This document shows positions 36,910 through 51,333 of a DNA stretch of 64,000 bases, in pieces. Made by a program: the position numbers and the translations under genes. The notes beneath the pieces are model-generated. The model had not been told where the DNA came from and ran no database searches. It saw nothing but the letters and a program-made list of their open reading frames with translations. Source of the stretch: Scyliorhinus canicula (lineage: Eukaryota); the NCBI RefSeq assembly GCF_902713615.1, contig NW_024055490.1, positions 653,262 to 717,261 of the forward strand, in the 5' to 3' direction. The first letter of the stretch is position 1, and each line of letters begins with the position of its first letter.

Positions 36910-39900
36910 ATCCCACCTCCTGTCACGTTGCAACAACCAATACTGACTGACGCGTTCTCAATGTAACAACTGGTGCAATTAAGTCGTAACAATGAACGTC
37001 GTCTCACAGCTTCTTCGTTCAGAAACTTAGCTCACTGTTATGAACAATTCTGCAGACAAAAGTTGCAGAATGTTTTAAATTAACTTGATCTTTGGCGGAA
37101 TCTATCACTGAAAATTAGAATGCAGGTGCGTCAAACAGTTTGGCGGGCAAGTGGTATGTTGCCCTTAATTGCAAGAGGACTTGCGAACAGGAGCAAGGCT
37201 GTCTTATAGCAGATATGCAGGGTATTGGTGGGCGTCACCTGGAATATTGGGAGCAGATTTAGACTCCTTACCTCAGAATGGAAATGCTTTCCATGGAGGC
37301 AGTGCAGCGACTGTTCATCAGGATAATGCCTGGGATGGCACCATTATCGTGTGAGGACAGATTGGATGAACCAGGCCTGATTTCCCTGGAGTTTAGAAGA
37401 ATGAGACGCGATCTCGTTGAAGTATAAAATTCTGATAGGGCTGGACAGACTGGATGCAGGGACGATGTTTCCTCTGGGAGTGGCCAACAAGAGGTCACGG
37501 TCTCAGAGTGAGCCATTTAGGACAGAGATGAGGAGAAAGGTTTCACTCAAAGGTTTTGAACATGCAGAATTATCTACGACAGGTGGCTGCAGAGGACAAA
37601 TTACCGAATATATTTCTGAAGGAAATGAATAAATTTCTCGTCTCTAAAGACGTGAAGGGGTATGGGACAGAGCTGGAGTCTGGTGTCGAGATAGAGGATC
37701 ACCCGATACACTATTGAATGGCGAAGCAGGCTCGAAGGACCGAATATCCGATTCCTGCTCATACTTTATATATTTCTAAGATTCTGGTTTTCTTATATTA
37801 CACAGGAACACCACACGTTTTATTTTATGTTCAACAACTTTCTTTTATTCCAGCACCAGATGTCACCCAAGGATTTTTTTTACTGCTCTAGCAGAGGGTC
37901 GATGATGATTCGATGGACTGAATGGCCTTCTGCATTATAAAGATTCTATGATTCTATGAGGTTGGAAGGCGTCGGGAGGAAATAAAGCTAAAGCGTTAAG
38001 ATTGAATATTGTGGATCGGAAATGAATGTGAAACACGTTGCAGAGCAGTAAATGTTCATTTCCTTTTTAGCAAGTGGAATAATTAATCAGCATTGTAAGT
38101 TTGATTAATTTCACGTCAGGTTTAGTTTGTTAGGTCCACTCACTTGCACAAATCATCACATTGCAACGTGTGGTTCCCATGGCTCCACATTCATCCTTTC
38201 AAATAAGATAATCAAAAAAATAAATTAACAGCAATTGAGGCACCTTGCAATTTCGCTGACCTTAACTCACATTAATCTGCAGTTTAAATTTTGGGACCAT
38301 CAGCGAAGACTATGAGCTGGTACATCAGTGCTTTGTTGATAAATTAAGCCGTGCGACGATTTATTAAGGGAAAATCATGTTTAATTAAGTTGCTTGAATT
38401 TTCTGATGAATAGCAAAGATGGTTGATCTGAGTATTGCTGTTGATAAACTTCCAAATGCCATTTGATAACGTTCTGCAGCGCCACCATGTGAGCAATAAT
38501 GGAGCTCCTGAGGTAAAATGGACAGTAGCAAGGTGGACACGAAATTTCCAGGAAACAACTAGCTGTAGGGATCAGCTGTTTCTCGGAGTGAAGGGATGTT
38601 GTGGTGAATTTTCCAGGGATCTATATTGCGGCCTTATATATGACACATTAATGACCTGGACCTTGTTTAATAGGGGAGATTTTTAACAGCTGCGAATGAT
38701 ACACAATGTGACAGTGTTGCGAACCATTCGTAGGATAATGTACAACTTCAAAACAACAAACACAGGAATGGGTGGGAAATTGGCAGATTAAAGTTAGTGC
38801 AGTAAAGATTGAAGTAATTCATATGTCTTGCAGACCGCAGAAAGACAAAAGAAAATAAAGGGAATAATTCAAAAGGCAATGCAGGATCAGAGGGAGCTTT
38901 TACAAAGGGTCATCTGGACTCAAAACGTCAGCTATTTTCTCTCCTTACAGATGCTGCCAGACCTGCTGAGATTTTCCAGCATTTTCTCTTTTGGTTTCAG
39001 ATTCCAGCATTCGCAGTAATTTGCTTTTACCCGAGGGGCCTGTTTATATGTAGATAAATTACTGACGGGGATAGGACAGTTGAGAGCGCGGTCATTAAAA
39101 TAATTATTAAAGGACATTATCAATGGGTATATAAAATACAGAGGAATGGACGTTATGTTAAACTTGTATTAAATCCTGAACCCACTGAACTGAAGCAGTA
39201 TGGGTATCACACTTACGGGACAATGTGAGTCATTAGGGTGGGTGCAGAAAATGCTCACGGGAATAGCTCCAGAGATGAGCAACTTCATCTCGGAAGATAG
39301 AGTGGACAAGTTGCGACTATGTCCCTTGACGAGCAGGTTACGACGTGATCTGACGAAGATATTCAAAATCATGAGGGTTCTCTCCAGAGTAGATATGGAG
39401 GAACCTATCCCACTGGCAGGAGGGCCGAGTGCCTGATTGAAGGAATTGGGAAAATAAGCATGGAGACATAAGGAGAAACATTTTCACCCAATGAGTGGTT
39501 AGGATGGACTGGACTCTTTGTTTGTGTCGCGGTGGTAGGGTCACTTGCTGCTTTCAAAGCGGTTTTGGATTATTATCTCAAAGGGAAAAACAATGCTAGA
39601 TTGCGGGAAAAGAATGGTATTCAGCAAATCGCACCTATAGACGGTCAACACATACATATTTGTTCAAACAGCCTACGTCTGCACTGAAGACTCCCCTGAC
39701 TATGGCAGTGGGTTAACTGTAATGTCACTGGGGCAGTAATTGAGATGTCAATCCTGCTACAGCTGATAGTGTGCTTTAAAAATGCAAATAGAGGCCCTGT
39801 AACTCAGCAGTTCGTGAGATTAGTAATCGCCAACAAATGTGGGCCTCGCCAATGAGGCCACATCTCATTAAATATATTTTATAAATCAGTAACTGCAATA

Positions 39901-42900
39901 GCAACGTTTGGCCAGTTGATGGCAGCGACACCGTGATTGCTGACATTACATGAAACAGAGATTGCCTCCATTGTTACTGCCAAGGACCCTCTCCCTATTC
40001 ATATCTAACCAGACACCGTCTCTGATTCTATTAAGTTAGGTCAGCTTTCTGATTTTATGACAGCAGGTGTCAGTTGTTACTGTACTCGGCTCAATCCCAG
40101 CTGTTTATCTGCTGAACCAAAGGCCGCTTTATATTACACTAAGTACTCTGGAAGTTAGTACAGCATGGGATCATATCTCAGTTATTATTACAAATTAGAA
40201 CCTTTAATGTCACAAGTAGATTCGCATTAACACTGCAATGAAGTTACTGTGAAAAGCCCCTCGTCGCAACACTCCAGCAGCTGTTCGGGTACACAGGGGG
40301 AGAATTCAGAATACCCAATTCATCTAACAGCACGTCTTTCAGGACATGTGGGAGGAAACCGGAGCACCCGGAGGAAACCCATCAGACAGTGACGTGCAGA
40401 CTCCACGCAGACAGTGACCCAAGCCGTGAATCAAACCTGGGGCCCTGACGCTGTGAAGGAATAGTGCTAACCACTGTAATAGTTCATGTCTCAAATGTTA
40501 CTTCACTAGATTCAATCTCCACGGATACTAAACCAGAACATGTTACTGTTTGTATTACCTGAGGCACTGGTTCAGTTATTGCTTTACCGGAAGCTGCCAC
40601 GTTCCTCAAGGTAGTGGTCTGGGCCCAACCATATCCAGCTGCTTCATGAATGGCCTATCGTCCATCACAGGACAAAAGTGAGCATGTTTGCCTTTGATTG
40701 CACAATGTTCAACACCTTTTGCGACTCATTAGATGCAATCCATGTCAGAATACAACAAGATCTGGACTATATTCAGGCTTGGGCTAAAAAGTGGCAAGTA
40801 CAGGTAATGTCCCGTTCGAACACGAGAAGATCTAACCATCTCCCCTTGACATTCAGTGGCATTACCATCACAGAATCCCCATTATCAGCCTCCAGGGGGC
40901 TGCTGTTGCCCGGAAACTGAACTGGACTCGCCATATAAATACTGTTGCGACATGAACAGGTTGAAGGCGAGGAATGCTGCCGCGAGTAACTCACTTCCTG
41001 TCCCCAAAGCCTGTCCACCATCACCAGGGCACAAGTCAGGAATGTAATGGAATACCTCCACGTGTCTGGATGAGTGCAGCTCCAACAGCATTCGAGAAGC
41101 AAGACACCATCCGGGAGAAAAGAGCCCGCTTGATTGCTAACCCTTCCAAAAACGTTATATCCCGCCAACCGACGAATAATGGCAGCTTTCTGTCCCACCT
41201 AAAAGATGCACTAGAGCAACTCAACAAGGTTCCTCCAGCAGCACCTTCCAAACCCATGACCACTGCCACCTGGAAGGACAAATGCAGCAGATACCTGGGA
41301 TCACCTTCAAGTCACTCACCATCCTGACTTGGAAATATATCCCCGTTACGTCACTTTCGCTGGGTCAATAGGCTGGAATTCCCTCCCTGACAGCTCTCTG
41401 GCGTACCTATACGTTAGGAACTGCAGCGATGATTTAAGAGGCAACTCACCACCACCTTCTGAAGGACAACAAGAGATCGAAAAGCAATGTTGACCTAACC
41501 AGCTACGCTCCCATCCCATCAATGAATTAAACAATAGAGCGCAGATACAGGATCTGGCCCAATATAGACAGATATATATGCTAAAGTAGTGATCACACGA
41601 ACCTGTCATGAGAGCAATAACATTTATTGATATATGCATTACGTAGGCATAGGAAAGTCAGCACCCGATCTAGCATTGGAATAAGCGTGTATTTGTGTGG
41701 TCATAATCGGAAAAATACTTTGTACAATAATAATTGGAATAGGTCAAAATAGCAATACAGGAAACAGCCTCTTAGAACCGACAGGTACAGAGTTCCCAGA
41801 AATAATAATAATAACCTTTATTATGGTCAAAAATAGGCTTACATTAACACTGCAATTAATTTACTGTGAAAATCCCCTAGTCGCCACACATGGGCGCCTG
41901 TTCGGGCACACTGAGGGGGATTTCAGCATGTCCAATTCACCTAACAAACACGTCTTCGGGGACGTTAATAATAATGGGGCTAAAAATAGAGAATCAAAGC
42001 ATTAAAACCTGAATGGCAGATATGCTATTACTTTAACCATCACATAGTGTCTTTGTGTCCACCCATATTGTATACTTATTTTAAATGCAAATAATACAGA
42101 GATTTATGCAATTTAAAAAGTTACAACCTGCAGTGCATTATTGAACACATCAGTGGCCCCGGTCTGATGATAAAGTACAGCCAATCAAAGTTATGTATAA
42201 AATAACCATGTGTATGTGTGAGAGAGAGAGACAGACAGCGCCCATTGCATTGTCGCCAATGTTTCAGCGCGTATTGATATATCAGATTTTCCCCCAAATG
42301 CTTAATTACAGAGTCAAGCACCATTTCAATATGGACTGGATGAAGTTAGTGTAATGGCAAAAAAAACGACATTGCTGGAATTTCTCTGCATGTCAGTCAG
42401 AATGTGAGGAGAGAAACAGAGTTCACGTTTCATGTCACTGACAGAATATCAGCACCAGGTTCATCAACCTGAAACTCACTGTATTCCTCTCCGAAAATAC
42501 GACCCGCCAGAGCAGCACATTTTGCCGAACTTCTGTTGCGGAGCTGTTTGTCGTGGGTTCAAGTACGACTCCAGGGTTTGGTGACCATGGAAGGAGTGTT
42601 CGTGCAACTGAAACGGGTTATTGAACAGCCTCCAAAATCCTTCACCCTCTCTACACCTTATTGTGGGAGCGGAAATAATATGAATGTATGAAAAGCAAAC
42701 GGATTTCCATCCCCTTTCTGATCTGCTGAGACTTTCCAGCACTTTATGTGTTTATTTTAGATTTCTAGTATGTGTGGTGTGTTACCTTTGTACTAATGTA
42801 ATGGGAAATGCAAACAGGTTTTGTGGCCATTAATTCGTTAGTGACACTCTCACCCCTGACTCTCAATTCTCACGGTGATAGTTTGGATCAAAATCCTTGT

Positions 42901-45900
42901 TTTTTGTATCCATTATTTTCTTCGACTCAACTGCATTGAGGGGACCATAAGACCAGAAGAAATAGGAACAAAAGTCGGCCATTCAGCCCTTCGTTCCCGC
43001 TTCACCATTTAATAGGTTCCCATTCATGGCTAATCGAACACTCACTAAATCCGCATTCCACCATAAATTCCATGAACCTTTATTCCTTACTGGTTAAAAC
43101 CTTTCGATCTCAGCCGTGCAAATGGTCAAGGACTCGGTCTCCACAGCTTCCTGGGGTGACGAATTCACAAGATTCACCACTCTTTCAGAGAACAAAACCT
43201 TCCTCAAATCCGGGTTATTCTGTGTCCCTGCCCTCTGGTCCTACACTATCCCATGAGTGGAAACATCCTCGCTCGATATACCCCGTCTACCCGCCTCAGA
43301 ATCTAAAGGGTGAAGGACAGAACAACTCTGAACAATCTCTCGATCCAGCGAAAGACGGGTTCCTGGGACATCATTCTTTAATTAATTTATTTCCAATTAA
43401 GGGGCATATGGCCTGGCCAATCCACCATCCTTCATGTCTTTGGGTTGTGGAGTGAGACTCGGGCAGAATGTGCAAACGCTACACAGACTTGACCCGGGGA
43501 CGGGATCGAACCCGGGTCCTCAACGCCGTGAGGCACTAGTGCTAACCAGCGCACCTCCGTGACGCTCTCCTGGAACATCATTAAAGTTTACGTTCCTGCC
43601 AACATCGAAAAAAACAAGCAACTTCAATCTCATTGGATTTGTCAAGGGATTTCCAACTGCCGGACCGGGGTCAGACTGCCGTCAGGGAAAATAATAATCA
43701 CAGAGACCGGCTCCAGTGTATCAATAACAGAGACTGCCTGGCCCGGGTCAGACTGGCTTTTAAAGCAGGCCAGCAGCATGGTTCGATTCCCGTACCAGCC
43801 TCCCCGAACAGGCGCCGGCATGTGGCGACTGGGGGCTTTTCACAGTAAGTTCATAGAAGCCTACTCGTGACAATAAGCGATTTTCATTTTCAAAGACTAA
43901 AAGCCAACGTCTCATCACAGGAAGAATCAGTGCCACAAAAGTTAACGATAATTGCTCTTTGTCGAAACAAGTGCTGTTCACTGTTACTTTGTCCAAAGTA
44001 GTGGATTGCAAACAGCAACGAGCCTCTGAAAAATTCGTGGCAATTTTCTACACACACCCAGGTTCTGCTAAAAGACAGGATCAGCATAAGAGGAAAGCTG
44101 TGTAATGATTGCTTTTTATTCGGCCTCAATGAAGGACAGAGGTAGATACAGAAAAGGTGCTGGGACAATGATTATAGATGAACCATCCAACTGGTCCCAT
44201 TCCCTCTCATCCTTCAGATCTTAATACCTTCAAATATTTATCCATCATTTTCCAAAGTTACTGTTAAATCTGATTCCATCATAATTTCCCCTTGTGTGTT
44301 CCAGTTTATAACAATTGGCTGTGTAAAAACAATCCTCCTGTTCAATACAGTAAATCTGTGTCCTCTGGGTACAGACCCTCCTGCCAGTTGTAATAGTCTC
44401 TCTCTAATTACTCTATTCAAACCTTGATTTTTTTTAGCAATTTAATTAAATAGACACACATAAAGATGGAGAAAGATACAGAGAGAGAGAGAGAGAGAGT
44501 GAAACTGAGCGAAGAAATGAGAAAGAGAGACGCGGGGTTGAGAGATAAAAACTGAGAAACAGTAAAAACAAATTACACACAGAGAGGGAGAATGATAAAA
44601 TAGTGAAATGCAACAAGATATAATTTCCTGGCTTCAGAGAACCGGGGAAACTCAGTCACTGATCCACTGACCATCCAGTTATGTCCTGGAATGGAAGCTT
44701 TGAACAGATCACAACAGGTTCATTTGTAAATGTCACCGCAATGTGATCTGTGGGACTCTGCCCTGACTCTGTGGACAGATATAAACCGCATTAACAGATG
44801 TTCTCACCAGATTGGGGTCTCTGGATTTATTTTCTGCTCAGAAGTGAGATGTGTGGTTTGGAACCGGCAGCAGAGAAACAGGAAGTTGTGTTACCTGAGA
44901 ATGAAACAGCAGGCGTCAGTTTCATGTTATCACCCTGAACAGTCTTCCTGCCTGTGAGGGTGAACTCACTCTGACAGCATCAAGAACACCCACACAGATT
45001 GCTTCCGGCCTCAGCATTACATTCACCTCCATTCTCATTCACTTTAAAAAGTTAGATTATGTGTTTAAAAACGCAATAACCGATCGGGAGATGCACAGAT
45101 GATCTTCACTGGTCACAGTACAAATAATAATCTGGAGAGAAGAAGGGAAATTAAAACAACAATCTGTTAACCGAGGTTATACTAAAGTAGAAAAATTTGA
45201 AGTCACTTGATGTCTGAGAGGGAGAGAGAGAGAGAGGGAGGGAGCGGTTAAGTGAATGAGCTGGTGCCTTTTTGGCACAGAATTTTCCTCTGCTGACGTT
45301 TTAGTGCTTAATTGTTTTAGACATGAAGTGCCTTCAAGAAAAAAGATTTAAACACGAGGTGCCTGACCCGGCTGGTGTGTGTCTTTGTAAGTGAGTTAAG
45401 TGTGAGAGAGAGAAGCGGGAACAACTGATTTAGGTGCAGCCTGAGACAGAGAAAGCGAGGTGAACCGATATGTAAGTAATTTGAAAGATTTATTTGCCTT
45501 TTCAATTGAATGGACAGCTTGATATTACTGTCTAGATCACTCAAGACAATACATTACAAGTACATATTGAGTGTAGCACAGGACCTGGAAGGTAATCTCA
45601 ATAAAATGTCGTCATGCGCTAAAACATAATTGCAATTATTGGCAACGCCATTTTGCAAACAATTAATAATGATGTGTTCCAGACCAACCGGCCCTTATAG
45701 ACATACAGGCACACACATAAACACATATATCCACACACAGACACTCACACACATACATACATACACAGACAATTTCAGACTCTGTCTCTCACAATCAGTG
45801 GCCACACCAAAAGCAAACAGAAATCCATTCAGCAAAAAGGGTGAAAGTCAATTCGGCCCATGAAGGGAAACAGTAGGTAGTTGCCACAGATGAACACAAG

Positions 45901-48840
45901 TCTGAATCAGTCACCAAAAAAAAGTTCTGTCCGTCGGATTGCTAAACTAACAAGTTTTTTAAATTTATTTTTTCGTTTTCAGTAATTGGGAAGTTAGTTC
46001 AGTGGGAATGGAGGTTAGGGCAGTTGAATGTTCCTCCTGCAGAATGTGGGAGGAAAGGGTCACCTCGAGTGTCCCTGCTGACTACATCTGCGGGAAGTGC
46101 ACCCACCTCCAGCTCCTCGAGAACCGCGTTAGGGACCTGGAGCTGGAGCTGGATGAACTTCGGATCATTCAGGAGGCGGAGGGGGTTATTGAGAGGAGTT
46201 ATAGGGAGGTAGTCACACCTCAGGTAAAAGAACAAGGTAGATGGGTTACCGTCAGGGGAACGATGGGAACCGGCAGGCAGTGCAGGGATCCCCTGTGGTC
46301 GTTCCCCTCAATAACAAGTATACTGTTTTGGATACTGTTGAAGGGGACGACATACCGGGGGTAAGCAATGGGACACAGTTCTCTGGCACAGAGTCTGTCC
46401 CTATTGCTCAGAAGGGAAGGGAGAAGAGGAACAGGGCACTTGTCATTGGGGACTCCATAGTTAGAGGAACAGACAGGAGGTTCTGTGGGAACGAAAGAGA
46501 CTCACGGTTGGTGTGTTGCCTCCCAGGTGCCAGGGTTCGTGATGTCTCTGATCGTGTTTTTGGGATCCATAAGGGGGAGCGGGAGCTGCCCCAATTCGTG
46601 GTCCACATAGATACCAACGACATAGGTAGGAAGGGAGATGGGGATTTGAGACAGAAATTCAGGGAGCTAGGGTGGAAGCTGAGAGCTAGAATAAACAGAG
46701 TTGTTATCTCTGGGTTGTTACCCGTGCCACGTGCTAGCGAAGTGAGAAATAAGGAGAGAGAGGAGTTGAACACTTGGCTACAGGGATGTTGCAGGAGGGA
46801 GGGTTTTGGTTTCCTGGACAATTGAGGCTCATTCTGGGGTAGGTGGGACCTCTACAAACAGGACGGTCTTCACCTGAACCAGAGGGGTACCAATATCCTG
46901 GGGGGGGGGGGGGGAGATTTGCTAGTGCTCTTCGGGGGGTTTAAACTAATTCAGCAGGGGGATGGGAACCTAAATTGTAGTCCCAGTGTACAGGATGCTG
47001 AGAGTAGTGAGGTCAGGGATAGGGTTAAAAGTTTGAAAGAGGGCACCGGCAAGCAAGATGCTGGTTTGAAGTGTGTCAACTTCAACACCAGGAGCATCCG
47101 GAATAAGGTGGGAGAGCTTGCAGCATGGGTTGGTACTCGGATCTCGATGTTGTGGCGATTTCGGAGACATGGGTAGAGCAGGGACAGGAATGGTTGTTGC
47201 AGGTTCCAGGATTTCGATGTTTCTGTAAGAACAGAGAAGATGGTAAAAGAGGGGATGGGGGGGGGGGGTGGCATTGTTAATCAAGGAAAGTATTACGGCG
47301 GCAGAAAGGACGTTTGAGGACTCGTCTACTGAGGTAGTATGGGCCGAGGTTAGGAACAGGAGAGGAGAGGCCACCCTGTTGGGAGTTGTCTATAGACCTC
47401 CGAATAGTTCCAGCGATGTAGAGGAAAGATTGCAAAGATGATCCTGGATAGGAGCGAGCGTAACAGGGTAGTTGTTATGGGGGACTTTAACTTTCCAAAT
47501 ATTGACTGGAAATACTATTGTTCGAGTACTATAGATGGGTCAGTTTTTGTGCAGTGTGTGCAGGAGGGTTTTCTGACACAGTATGTAGACAGGCCAACAA
47601 GGGGCGATGCCACATTGGATTTGGTAGTGGGTAATGAACCCGGCCAGGTGTTAGATTTAGATGTAGGTGAGCACTTTGGTGATAGTGATCACAATTCGGT
47701 TATGTTTACTTTAGCAATGGGCAGGGATAGGTAATTACCGCAAGGCAAGAATTATAGCTGGTGGAAAGGCAATTATGATGCTATTCGGCAAGATTTAGGA
47801 TGTATAGGATGGGGAAGGAAACTGCAGGGGATGGGTACAATCGAAATGTGGAGCTTTTTCAAGGAACAGCTACTGCGTGTCCTTGATAAGTATGTACCTG
47901 TCAGGCAGGGAGGAAGTTGTTGAGCAAGGGAACCGTGGTTTACTAAGGAAGTTGAAGCATTTGTCAAGAGGAAGAAGAAGGCTTATGTTAGGATGAGACA
48001 TGAAGGCTCAGTTACGGCACTTGAGAGTTACAAGTTAGCCAGGAAGGACCTAAAGGGAGAGTTAAGAAGAGCGAGGAGAGGACACGAAAAGTCGTTGGCG
48101 GATAGGATCAAGGAAAACCTTAAGGCTTTCAATAGGTATATCAGGAAGAAAAGAATGACTAGAGTAAGATTAGGGCCAATCAAGGATAGTAGTGGAAAGT
48201 TGTGTGTGGAATCAGAGGAGATAGGGGAAGCGTTAAATGGATATTTTTCATCAGTGCGTACACTGGAGAAAGAAAATGTTGTCGAGGAGAATACTCAGGT
48301 ACAGTCGACCAGGCTAGATGGGATTGAGGTTCACGAGGAGGTGTTAGCAATTTTGGAAAGTGTAAAAATAGATAAGTCCCTTGGGCCAGATGGGATTTAT
48401 CCTAGGATTCTCTGGGAAGCCAGGGAGGAGATTGCAGAGCCTTTGTCCTTGATCTTTATGTCGTCTTTGTCGACAGGAATAGTGCCAGAAGACTAGAGGA
48501 TAGCAAATGTTGTCCCCTTGTTCAAGAAGGGGAGTAGAGGCAACCCTGGTAATTATAGACCTGTGAGCATTACTTCGGTTGTGGGTAAAATGTTGGAAAA
48601 TGTTATAAGAGATAGGGTTTATAATCATCTTGAAAAGAACAAGTTGATTAGCGATACGCAACACGGTTTTGTGAAGGGCAGGTCATGTCTCATAAACCTG
48701 ATTGAGTTTTTAGAGAAGGTGACCAAACAGGTGACAGATGAGGTTAAAGCGGTTGATGTGGTGTATATGGATTTCAGTAAGGCGTTTGATAAGGTTCCCC
48801 ACGGTAGGCTACTGCAGAAAATACGGAAGTATGGGATTGA

Positions 48841-49111
48841 AATGAAAAATGAAAATCGCTTATTGTCACGAGTGGGCTTCAATGAAGTTACTGTGAAAAG
48901 CCCCTAGTCGCCACATTCCGGCGCCTGTCTGGGGAGGCTGGTACGGGAATCGAACCATGCTGCTGGCCTGCTTTAAAAGCCAGCAATTTAGCCCAGTAAG
49001 CTAAACCAGGCCCTGTCAAAGGGCTCGTCCGGGATTTGAACCCGGGACCTCTCACATTCTCATATAGCACAAACACCGAAGCGAGAATCTTACCCAGAGA
49101 CCAACGAGCCA
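48841..49111 (-). mobile_element. Chimeric insertion in CR1: tRNA-Pro(CGG) copy followed by a SINE
   Basis: Flanked by GATTGAA (48835-48841) and GATTCAA (49112-49118); CR1 RT sequence resumes on both sides. Confidence 0.75.
49021..49110 (-). pseudogene. tRNA-Pro(CGG) copy with an 18-19-nt intron-like insert and a mutated D-arm
   Basis: 90 nt; GGCTCGTTGGTCTCTGGGTAAGATTCTCGCTTCGG-T-GTTTGTGCTATATGAGAA-TGTGAGAGGTCCCGGGTTCAAATCCCGGACGAGCCC, followed by TTTGA as in the 31820 gene. Confidence 0.8.
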
Positions 49112-51104
49112 GATTCAAGGTGATTGAGCGGTTTGGATCAGTAATTCGCTAGCTGAAAGAAGACTGAGGGTGGTGGTTGAAGGCAAATGTTCATCCTGGA
49201 GTTCAGTTACTAGTGGTGGACCGCAAGGGTCTGTTTTGGGGCCACTGCTGTTTGTCATTTTTATAAATGACCTGGAAGAGGGTGTAGAAGGGTGGGTTAG
49301 TAAATTTGCGATGACACGAAGGTCGGTGGAGTTGTGGATAGTGCTGAAGGATGTTATAGGTTAAAGAGGGACATAGATAAGCTGCAGAGCTGGGCTGAGA
49401 GGTGGCAGATGGAGTTTAATGCGGAAAAGTGTGAGGTGGTTCACTTTGGAAGGAGTAACAGGAATGCAGAGTACTGGGCTAATGGCAAGATTCTTGGTAG
49501 TGTAGATGAACAGAGAGATCTCGGCATCCAGGTACATAAATCCCTGAAAATTGCCACCCAGGTTAATAGGGCTGTTAAGAAGGCATATGGTGTGCTAGCC
49601 TTTATCAGTAGGGGGATTGAGTTTCGGATCCAGGTGGTCATGCTGCAGCTGTACAAAACTCTGGTGCGGCCGCACCTAGAGTCCTGCGTACGGTTCTGGT
49701 CACCACATTATAGGAATGATGTGGAAGCTTTGTAAAGGGTTCAGAGAAGATTTACTAGGATGTTGCCTGGTATGGAGGGAAGGTCTTACGAGGAAAGGCT
49801 CAGGGACTTGAGGTTGTTTTCGTTAGGGAGGAGAAGGCTGAGAGGTGACTTAATAGAGACATATAAGATAGTCAGAGGATTAGATAGGGTGGACAGTGGG
49901 AGTCTTTTTCCTCGGATGGTGATGACCAACACATGGGGACATAGCTTTAATTTGAGGGGTGGTAGATATAGGACAGATGTCAGAGGCAGTTTCTTTACTC
50001 AGAGAGTAGTAAGGGCGTGGAACGCCCTGCCTGCAACAGTAGTAGACTCGCCAACTTTAAGGGCATTTAAGTGGTCACTGGATAGACATATCGATGCAAA
50101 TGGAATAGTGTAGGTCAGATAGGCTTCAGATGGTTTCACAGGTCGGCGCAACATCGAGGGCCGAAAGGCCCGTACTGCGCTGTAATGTTCTATGTTCTGT
50201 GTGCTATGTCTACCACAATGGAATTTGTGACTGTGTTGTGCAATGTGATTTTCAATATCGCCCCTATGTTTCTGTTCCTCAGTCTGGTGATGAAGCGATT
50301 GGCACAAATTTCACTCCGATCTTTCAGCAAAATGTTACACATCCATTACCAGACCAATCACACAACAGCAAATAGTTATGCATTATGCATTATGCTTTTA
50401 TAAGTGAATTAAGTCTGAGAGAGGACAGAGAGATTAATTAATCTAGGTGTAGACTGAAACAGATGAGATCAGATTGGCAGTAGTTTTAAAGATGTATTTG
50501 CCTTTGCAACGAACGTCCATCACAGCTAATAGTTATTAACACGACAAAATGTATTCTTCCAAACACAAGTGAGTGTCACAAATCAGTGGCTCAGTGGTAT
50601 TGTCGCTGGATTCGTCATCCAGAGACCCAGAGTCAAGCTCTGGGGACCCGGGTTTCCACCACGGCAGGTTGTGAAATTTCAATCAAGAAAAATCTGGAAT
50701 TAAAAGTCTAATGATGACCATGAAACCATTGTCGTGTGTAATCAAAACCCATCTAGTTCACTGGTGTCCTTCAGAGAAGGGCATCTGTTGCCCTTAACTA
50801 GTCTGGTTGACATATGATGCCTGATGACTCCACAGCAATGTGGTTGACTCTGGGATGGGTAAGAACAGGGGCTGGTTTAGCTCATTCAGCTAAATCACTG
50901 GTTTTTAAAGCAGTCTAGCTTGTTCTTGCACAGTTCAATTCCCGGACAGGCGCTGGAATGTGGCGACTAGGGGCTTTTCGCAGTAACTTCATTGAAGCCT
51001 ACTCATGACAATAAGCGATTTTCATTTCATTTCAACTGCAGGATCAGCCAACGACATCTACATCCCATGAATGAATAAAAAATATTTAGCATTTTGAAAA
51101 TGAA

Positions 51105-51333
51105 NNNNNNNNNNNNNNNNNNNNNNNNNNNNNNNNNNNNNNNNNNNNNNNNNNNNNNNNNNNNNNNNNNNNNNNNNNNNNNNNNNNNNNNNNNNNNNNN
51201 NNNNNNNNNNNNNNNNNNNNNNNNNNNNNNNNNNNNNNNNNNNNNNNNNNNNNNNNNNNNNNNNNNNNNNNNNNNNNNNNNNNNNNNNNNNNNNNNNNNN
51301 NNNNNNNNNNNNNNNNNNNNNNNNNNNNNNNNN
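51105..51333. other. Assembly gap (229 N)
   Basis: Run of N. Confidence 0.99.

Larger units (their letters stand above)
45940..50198 (+). mobile_element. CR1-clade LINE, near full length and decayed (ORF1 with zinc finger and SGNH esterase; ORF2 with APE and RT)
   Basis: [67 protein letters not shown]; 3' tail TTCTATGTTCT. Confidence 0.9.

Noticed and set aside
42160-42210. Leader-like peptide MVILYITLIGCTLSS on the minus strand
   Set aside because: No GT donor after it, and no V exon or RSS found downstream.
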